From contig OZ025789.1 in the NCBI GenBank assembly GCA_964019425.1, positions 496,001 through 560,000 of the forward strand: a stretch of 64,000 nucleotides of DNA, read 5' to 3'. Positions 56,896 through 64,000 of the stretch are shown piece after piece; the first letter of the stretch is position 1, and each line of letters begins with the position of its first letter. Under the pieces are notes generated by a model, which saw only the letters and a list, made by a program, of their open reading frames with translations, was not told the DNA's origin and searched no databases. The position numbers were made by a program, and so were the translations under genes. The DNA is from Flectonema sp. DT1601 (Eukaryota).

Positions 56896-56936
56896 ATATC
56901 AGAACACTCTTCCTTGCTCGCTCTGACTGCCTTGAA

Positions 56937-57022
56937 ATGATTACCAATAACTCTAATGCTGGTTTGTTTGTCGAGGATGTTGGTAACTATCATCATCCAC
57001 TGAGCACACATAGAGTCGCTGA
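56937..57022 (+). ncRNA. Box C/D snoRNA A, copy 7
   Basis: Array copy; an 8th copy is truncated at 57230-57255. Confidence 0.65.
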
Positions 57023-57118
57023 TCTTATTCTTGTCGTATTCTTGTTTGGGATGTTTGGCTTCTGTTTTCCAAACAGACTTTCTTCATTCTCATTCTAGTC
57101 AGCTCGTGTCTTTCCCAA

Positions 57119-57188
57119 ATGATGTACAAAGACATTAGGAATCTCTCTGAACTTTGTTTTGATAGAAAAAAAATGAATATTAAACTGA
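57119..57188 (+). ncRNA. Box C/D snoRNA B, copy 7
   Basis: Array copy. Confidence 0.8.
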
Positions 57189-57347
57189 ATATTAGAACAC
57201 TCTTCCCTGCTCGCTCTGACTGCCTTGAAATGATTACCAATAACTCTAATGCTGGTAGAAGTGAATATTAACTATCTCAATCATAACCAATGGTCCTATC
57301 ATTATTAAGACTATAAAATAACTATTCCTTCAGGGCATATCACAACA

Positions 57348-58070
57348 ATGAACAACGAATCTCTACACCGTGTTTTAGAAGCACGTTTTGGAAATGACCT
57401 CATAAGACAGGGACATGGTAGATGGGGAGCTGTTACCAGTGATGGATTAAGATTTCAATGTATGACAGATGAGAGAGCTAACCGCATGAGATTTATTGTT
57501 CCTGTGATGCCTGTGGGGAATGCTCCGAAAGAATTTTTACTTCGACTGTTGAAAGCAAACTTTCATTCTGCACTTGACTCACGTTACGCCATTGCCAACG
57601 GACTTGTTTGGAGTACTTTTTTACATCCATTGAAGTCGTTGACTGATGAGCAAGCAGCGGCTGCGTTAAGTCAAGTGATTAAGTTAGCTAGTACGACAGG
57701 TTCTTCATACAGCAGTTCTGATTTAGTGTTTGTTGGGATGGTTGATGACTCTGAGTGTTGTGAAGGTGGTCGTATTACTGCTGAAGAAGCGTTTAAACTT
57801 GCTGAGAAACAAGCTGACTCTGACACCAAGCAGTCGGGTGACATTCCATCTCACTTTTGTGATCCTTTAACATTTGAACTTATGATGGACCCGGTATCGG
57901 TACCATCTGGTCATACTTTTGAGAGGACAACTATTATGGAACACATTTCTAGATTTCACAATAATCCCTTTACAAGAGATCCTCTTGAAGTTGACAAGTT
58001 AGCTCCGAACAGAGCACTCGAACAAGCAATCGATGCTTGGAAGAGTTCTGAAAGGTCATCAGAGAGCTAG
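57348..58070 (+). CDS. YbjN/T3SS-chaperone-like domain fused to a U-box (putative E3 ligase)
   Basis: C-terminal U-box IPSHFCDPLTFELMMDPV...SGHTFER..I...NPFTRDPL....L.PNRAL..AI..W. The N-terminal TD.RANRMR...LL.ANFHSALD.RYAI..G.VWS.F.HPL..L...YSS.DLVF resembles a conserved bacterial chaperone-fold family (recalled). Confidence 0.85.
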   Translation: MNNESLHRVLEARFGNDLIRQGHGRWGAVTSDGLRFQCMTDERANRMRFIVPVMPVGNAPKEFLLRLLKANFHSALDSRYAIANGLVWSTFLHPLKSLTDEQAAAALSQVIKLASTTGSSYSSSDLVFVGMVDDSECCEGGRITAEEAFKLAEKQADSDTKQSGDIPSHFCDPLTFELMMDPVSVPSGHTFERTTIMEHISRFHNNPFTRDPLEVDKLAPNRALEQAIDAWKSSERSSES

Positions 58071-58756
58071 ACTCGCTACTTACTACTTACTTACCTCTCC
58101 AGTTTTTTGTATCCTTCCATCCTAGCCTTTCTACGTCCCCTTATGATTATGTTGTGGAGTTTCAATAACATCCCAACAATCATTTAGGTGGTGATAAAAC
58201 CCTGACTGCGGGTCAGCGAGTATATATTCTACTTATGTAGGTATTTTAGTTGAGGAAAATTATTGCGAGCAGTTTGTCCTTGTTTGAGTTTTTTCTTTTC
58301 GTCATTGAGTTTTTAACCCATTTCGAAAAACGGTATTTCATGTCTTATTAAGTCCCGATGACTTTTTTTCATGTACGAGGGGGAGTCTGTTGTCTCACTC
58401 TATCGCTTGCAGCTTTCTTTCTTGTCCTTCTTAGCGAGCGCGTATTTTGGAGAAGAGTTATTTAAGAGTTTTCTTAACAAGCATTTATCTAATGCGTACA
58501 TACCGAGTCGTTTGTACTTTTGCGTTCAGTTGATTTTCCTTTGATAGGTTGTCAGTTGTTGCGCAAAAGTTACTCTCTCCCCTTCGTGATATTCTTGGAC
58601 TTCAACACGTTACGTAGATAATTTGATATCACCACTCACGTAAAACTGGTTGTTATAGTCGCAAGCATTCCCTGAATGGATGCCTGAATGTTAATTTGGT
58701 AAACAGTCGCAGCATGTGTTATATTTATTCCGACTACTTCTCTCAGTACCCACAAC

Positions 58757-59605
58757 ATGTCATCATTGTCATCAGTCATCACTCTACGTGATGGTGTTAA
58801 GCTACCAGTCATAGGACTTGGGTTAAGTCATATCGGAGGTTATAGTGAAGACGCCGTAGTCACAGCATTAAAAGCTGGATACAAACTCATTGATACAGCA
58901 AGCAGGTATGGAACAGAAAAACACGTTCCAGCAGCAGTAAAGAAAGCAGGTGTTGACTATAACGATATCTTTGTGACAACAAAACTATTTCCGAGTGAGT
59001 ATGGAGATCCCATGGCAGCTATTAAACGCTCGTTAGAAACACTTGAACGTAGTTATGTGGATGCTTACCTTATTCATTGGCCTGATCCGGGAACTCCGAA
59101 CAAGAAGGAAGGACGTGCGGAACTTTGGAGGTCGATGGAGAAGATTAAAGAAATGGGATTAGCAAGAACTATTGGTATTTCAAACTATCAACCTCAACAC
59201 CTTGAAGAGTTAGAAGAGTACTGTTCAGTCATGCCAACGATCAACCAAATTGAATTGAATCCGTGGCAACACCCAAAAGATATCGTCGAGCACTGCAAAG
59301 AGCGTGACATCATTGTACAAGGATACTCTCCTTTTGCTAAGGGTGAGATGCTTTCATCTCCGAAACTTCTTAAAATTGCTCATAAATACGCTCACGACAA
59401 TGGAGATGTTGTAACTAGTGCGCAACTACTACTGCGATGGGCATTTCAACACCAGTTTGCGAGCATACCAAAGTCTACGAATCCTGTTCGGGTTTGTGAT
59501 AATGTTCTAATTTTTGACTTCTCCATATCCGATCTCGACATGTCTGAATTAGACTCCTGGCATTCCAACCTTCGAGTTACATGGAACCCTGAAGGTTTGA
59601 TGTAG
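58757..59605 (+). CDS. Aldo/keto reductase
   Basis: LP.IGLG, IDTA..Y, FVTTKL, YLIHWP, IGISNY, NQIE..P and IPKS.NP.R. Confidence 0.95.
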   Translation: MSSLSSVITLRDGVKLPVIGLGLSHIGGYSEDAVVTALKAGYKLIDTASRYGTEKHVPAAVKKAGVDYNDIFVTTKLFPSEYGDPMAAIKRSLETLERSYVDAYLIHWPDPGTPNKKEGRAELWRSMEKIKEMGLARTIGISNYQPQHLEELEEYCSVMPTINQIELNPWQHPKDIVEHCKERDIIVQGYSPFAKGEMLSSPKLLKIAHKYAHDNGDVVTSAQLLLRWAFQHQFASIPKSTNPVRVCDNVLIFDFSISDLDMSELDSWHSNLRVTWNPEGLM

Positions 59606-60051
59606 AGTTTTAGGGACCACCTTCCAAAAAAAAAAAAAAAACGTTTGCCTTAATTGCCTTAAAGAACTCTACCTATCGATGCTGATGAATATTTTGTCAA
59701 TATCGGTAGAGAGTGGAATTCTTGTGAAATATTGAAATTCTTTTTTTTTTGAAAGGATTGTTGGAAATTTTACCTCACAAGAATGGGGCCTTTTGCCTGA
59801 TGGGAATCAAATGAATCTTCCAAGAACCAAATGTACGTTATTGTCTCGTTCGAGTTATTTTTTTCTACTTTCTATGTGATCATCAGAGAAACACTCAATG
59901 ATTAGGCCGGATTACTTTCCCTTTTTATTATTTCCAATCTTATGATTTATAGTAGAGCCGTAACATTATTTACAAATATTCAATTCAGTAACTTATATTC
60001 TGAGCTTATGATTTCTTCATTCAAAACTAACCAGAGACATAACAACTTAAT

Positions 60052-61773
60052 ATGGCAATTCGCCGTTCTGCAGTCCGTCTATGCTCACCAGCGTATGACT
60101 ACGTTATTGTAGGAGCTGGGAGTGCCGGATGTGTAATGGCAGAAGAGCTTTCTCGGGATGAGAATGTAAAGGTTTGCCTACTCGAGGCAGGACCGACTGA
60201 TACTTCGGAGTTCATTAGAATGCCTCTGGGTGTTGGAGTTATATTACCTACATGGGGAGAACAGGGAAAATTTCACTTGACTCAGGAGAAGTTGAACTGG
60301 GGATTCGAATCTGTAGACGAGAGGAAAAAGATTTATCAACCAAGAGGACGTTGCTTAGGGGGATCGTCATCAATAAATGCGATGCTTTACGTTAGAGGAA
60401 ACAAGAAAGATTATGATACCTGGGAAGCACTTGGCAATAGAGGTTGGGGTTGGAACGAGTGCCTTGACGTCTTCAAGTCACAGGAAAAGTTCAACGGCGA
60501 AAGTGACGTGGTCTCTGGTTCTCCTGAGTTTCACGGTGATTCGGGAAACCTCAATGTTTCTGGGAGAAATGAAACTGACAGATATGCTAAACTGAATTCT
60601 ATATTCATTGATGCCGCTCAAGAAGCAGGTCATTCACTTGTTAAAGATTACAACACTGGAGATAATACTGGTGTCTGTTGGTATCAAAAGTCTTCTCATG
60701 AAGGTGAAAGATGGAGTTCATCAAAAGCATTTCTCACGCCTTCACAAAACCGTAAAAACTTAACCGTCATGACTGGCTGTCAAACTACAAAACTACTTCG
60801 TGAAGGAACCACTTTTAATGGTGTGGAGTACGTTAAGGTCTCAAGCAAGGGAAAGCTGCAGTCGGGTTCAACAGAAAAGATATCTGCTGGAAAAGTAATT
60901 GTTTGTGGTGGAGCTATTCAATCACCTCAGATATTAATGTTATCAGGAATTGGACCGAGAGAACAGTTGGAGAATTTGGGCATCGATGTCGCTGTTCACA
61001 ATCCAAATGTTGGTGAGAATCTTATCGATCACGCAGACATTGGAGTGTCAGACTTAATGAAACCAAACACTGGAGTCGATGACAACACTGGTCTGCTATC
61101 ACGACTACCTGCTAATATTCTTGACTACTACAAGTACTACAGAAATGGTGATGCCACTTCAAGAATGAAATCAAAATGGTCTGGTTTCCCTGTCGATGTC
61201 GGTGGTTTTGCCAGAACATCACCAGACTTGGATGTTCCTGACTTGCAATTTCACTTCTTGCCTTTAAAGGCATTAGACCATGGAAGGCAACCTGTCAAGG
61301 ATATTGGTTATCAGTTGAAAACTTGTTTGTTGTATCCGAACTCGAGAGGATCACTCAAATTGACTTCAAAAGATCCAATGGCCTACCCGAAGTTTAACAT
61401 GAACTTTATGAAAGATGAACAAGACGTTGAGGTACTTGGAAAAGGTTTACAAATGGCTTCTGATATTTTATCATCACCAGCTTTTGATGCTATTCGTTTA
61501 AAGCGTGACTACCCATCACATGAAACTCTCGCTAATAAAGATCAACTAAGAGAGTACCTGAAAGACACATCTGACACCATCTACCACCCTGCTGGTACTT
61601 GCAAAATGGGCAACGATGATACTGCAGTTGTTAATGATCGTTGTGAAGTCCACGGTACCAAAAACCTATTCGTCGTTGATGCTTCAATTTACCCATCCAT
61701 GGTAGGAGGTAACACCAATGCTCCTACAATGATGTTGGCAGGGAGAGCAGCAAAATTTTTAAAGTCGGCTTAG
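60052..61773 (+). CDS. GMC oxidoreductase (choline/alcohol dehydrogenase-like) with short mitochondrial-type presequence
   Basis: YDYVIVGAGSAG, PRGRCLGGSSSINAM, GAIQSPQILMLSGIG, YHPAGTCKMG and DAS..P...GGNTNAP. Confidence 0.93.
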   Translation: MAIRRSAVRLCSPAYDYVIVGAGSAGCVMAEELSRDENVKVCLLEAGPTDTSEFIRMPLGVGVILPTWGEQGKFHLTQEKLNWGFESVDERKKIYQPRGRCLGGSSSINAMLYVRGNKKDYDTWEALGNRGWGWNECLDVFKSQEKFNGESDVVSGSPEFHGDSGNLNVSGRNETDRYAKLNSIFIDAAQEAGHSLVKDYNTGDNTGVCWYQKSSHEGERWSSSKAFLTPSQNRKNLTVMTGCQTTKLLREGTTFNGVEYVKVSSKGKLQSGSTEKISAGKVIVCGGAIQSPQILMLSGIGPREQLENLGIDVAVHNPNVGENLIDHADIGVSDLMKPNTGVDDNTGLLSRLPANILDYYKYYRNGDATSRMKSKWSGFPVDVGGFARTSPDLDVPDLQFHFLPLKALDHGRQPVKDIGYQLKTCLLYPNSRGSLKLTSKDPMAYPKFNMNFMKDEQDVEVLGKGLQMASDILSSPAFDAIRLKRDYPSHETLANKDQLREYLKDTSDTIYHPAGTCKMGNDDTAVVNDRCEVHGTKNLFVVDASIYPSMVGGNTNAPTMMLAGRAAKFLKSA

Positions 61774-63537
61774 TTATCGTACAAAAAGTAGTTAGAAATC
61801 GGTCGTCTTTCTTTTTTTGTATTGTTATGTGGTAGCGAGTGAACTTTTATAACGACTTTTTTTTAAAAAAAAAAAAAAAGAACGGAAAAAAAAAAAAAAA
61901 AGTACTTAATAATGGTAATAGTAAATAAATATTGTTATGTACAAGCGCGTGAATTTAAAAAAAAATATAAAAAAAAATAAGGAATTTGGTTATGGTTTCG
62001 CTTGTTTACTTGTTACGACAACTGTTTTCCCCCAATAGTTTCTGTACAGATAGTATGATCGAGAACCCTATGAACCCTTTTTTTTTTTTTTTTTTTTTTT
62101 TGGTGAAAGAAAAAAATAAAAAAGAAATAATTTTTTTTGTCACCTTTTTTATTATTGTTTCTGAGACGATGCGAAATATACGTGTTGCTTTTAGTCAAAA
62201 AAAGTGAGACTTTCTTTGCTTGAGACTGACACCCCCCCCTCGTTCTCCACTTCTTTATTTCAATTACAATTCTTTTTGTTGAATTTCAACTATGTGTACA
62301 ACTTTCTAGAATAAGAATAGCAAAATGCTATTCCGACCTTCATTGCAGCCATTACACTCCCTTTTACCAATTCACAAGTTTAATTTACTGTCAACTACCG
62401 AAGGTTAGTTGCTTATAAATTTTCGGGCAATTCCACGCAAATTGTATTCGGAACCTTTTTGCGTTGAGATCCGTCATGTCACAAACTGTTATGTAGAATT
62501 TATAATTTTTTTTCCCTGATTTCCTTTCCTCCTTTTTACTGTAAAATCGTAAATAACACGAATTCAAAAAAAAAAAAAAAAAAAAAAAAAAAGTATAAAC
62601 CATATTTTTTTTAAATATCGAACGACATTTCTACCTTAGCAAGATTACCGCGAACCCTAATGATAAAAGAGGAAATAATATCTGGAGATGATCTCTGGCG
62701 TGTTTTGTGTGTTTTGTTTCTTCTTTTTTTTCCCCTTCCGAGAGTATTACAGGCCAAGGGAGTACGCGAAACACGCAGAAGCCTTTCTACTGAAAGAGGA
62801 TCGTTTTTCTGTTCAGCCAAGGCTTTAAAGTTTTACTTTCTCTGGCGTCAAAAACTTCAGTCCGTCATCGGGGTCAACCCCGATCAAAATAAATTATCAA
62901 AACAGCAATTTGTTGCCACCAAAAGGTACAAACCAGCGTGATTGTTGTGAAGTTGGAGTGATTGTCTCTTCTCTCTAACATTCCTTTCCAAAAAAAAAAA
63001 AAAAAAATTGCGTACGCTCACGTTACGTTATTTTTTTTTCCATTTTTATTTTTCCCGTTTTTTTTAAAAAAAGTAGAGTCTTGTTATATTTTGGAGCGCA
63101 ACGTTTTCGAACTACCCACAATATACCCGTCAGGAGGCAACTTGTACTTGGCTTACAATTTTAAAGACTACCGGTTTTCTCAGATAGAATTCCAGCAGAC
63201 AAAGAAAAGTAAAAGAACTGTACTAGCATGTGGTTTCTTCCCGGCATCTTCGCTTCGGCGAAAAAAAAAAAAAAAAGAAACATCTGTGTTCTCTTCCGGC
63301 ATTAAAAAAAAAAAAAGAAAATATAATAATGTGGTGATAACTATCTATCGCACGGCTTCTCTATAAAACAAATAACCGCATTTTTCTGAATTGGTGTACG
63401 ATTTCATACTCATATTCTTTTCTCTGCATGCAATCTCGATGGCAAACGTCAACTGTTTCCTGTGAGATGGATCACAAAATTTCCTTTGTAAATAGCAATT
63501 AATTACAACTCATGTCTGAACAGAATTATTAAAGAAA

Positions 63538-64000
63538 ATGTCATCACTCGCTGAGAGATATGCGAAGTGGGATCAGTTTGAAGAACTGGATGATGATAAT
63601 AATAAAATTCACGACCTGAATGCAATTACAGGACCACCCGAAGAAGTTGCAGCAATTCGAAAAAATTGGGGATTGACTAGTGAAACAAAAACAGTAAGAA
63701 ACACTACTAAGGCAACACCACAACCTGAAGTTGTAAACAAACCCTTACAGCTGGAGGACAATGAAGCACCGGCAGAGGTAATTGAAGGAGGAACAAAGAA
63801 ACAGCCAAACACATACTTCGACAGATGGAACAACTACGACGCTGAAGCTGAATGCCTGTCCCTTGACAATGATGGTAAAGCAGAACCTGATGAAGCACCT
63901 CAACTATTGAAAGCTTCAAACGGTAGAATTGACGTCGAAGCCGTCAATTACAAACAAGATCGAGACGAATGGGAGATCGATCAAGATTTCGAAAAAGCAT
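63538..64000 (+). CDS. Partial CDS running off the window; acidic N-terminus with Y..W motifs
   Basis: ATG at 63538, open to 64000: MSSLAERYAKWDQFEELDDD...YFDRWNNYDAEAEC.... Not in the ORF track because it has no stop. The motifs resemble co-chaperone N-termini (Cdc37/RPAP3-like), which is tentative. Confidence 0.7.
   Translation, partial: MSSLAERYAKWDQFEELDDDNNKIHDLNAITGPPEEVAAIRKNWGLTSETKTVRNTTKATPQPEVVNKPLQLEDNEAPAEVIEGGTKKQPNTYFDRWNNYDAEAECLSLDNDGKAEPDEAPQLLKASNGRIDVEAVNYKQDRDEWEIDQDFEKA

Larger units (their letters stand above)
55158..57255 (+). repeat. Tandem array, 293-bp unit x ~7.2 (snoRNA cluster)
   Basis: GAAATGATTACC recurs at 55176, 55469 ... 57227, an exact 293-bp period. Confidence 0.97.

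Noticed and set aside
55134..57240. Repeated 90-aa and 69-aa ORFs in the 293-bp array; also considered as CRISPR, SL RNA or 5S array
   Set aside because: The ORF start coincides with box C (ATGATG) and the peptide has no domain. There are no unique spacers or cas genes, and I saw no SL exon or 5S motifs. The snoRNA model explains the conserved parts.

Overview
AT-rich eukaryotic nuclear DNA with many poly(A)/poly(T) tracts. All 26 credible protein-coding genes lie on the + strand. Some intergenic gaps are only 70-160 bp, most ATGs have a pyrimidine-rich ...CAG shortly upstream, and 7 genes carry GT-AG introns (15 reconstructed by hand). This fits a co-transcribed, probably SL-trans-spliced gene array of a euglenozoan, most plausibly a diplonemid (inference). 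Genes include glycosyltransferases (GT8-like/GT31-like fusion, GT4, SGT1-like+ShKT), pectin acetylesterase, three kinases, a TM adenylyl cyclase-SAM protein, Vps45, a 4x cold-shock/RGG protein, a polyQ-PDZ-zinc finger protein, an FkbM methyltransferase, AKR and a GMC oxidoreductase. Highlights: (1) a 7x293-bp tandem array that encodes two box C/D snoRNAs per unit (SNORD79-like and SNORD52/snR78-like guides), not the 90-aa ORFs in the track; (2) cis introns with A/AC-rich acceptors, often U-run/A-run arms and a 3' positional bias, unlike the pyrimidine-rich gene-start acceptors; (3) a bacterial-type YbjN/T3SS-chaperone-like domain fused to a U-box; (4) a pseudo-PP2C/TM/pseudo-cyclase/active-kinase receptor; (5) an 18S rRNA fragment with an internal triplication in a 3' UTR; (6) two dispersed repeat families and an intronic element with 10-bp-phased GTGA sites. 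Family assignments are by eye and from recalled motifs; no searches were run.
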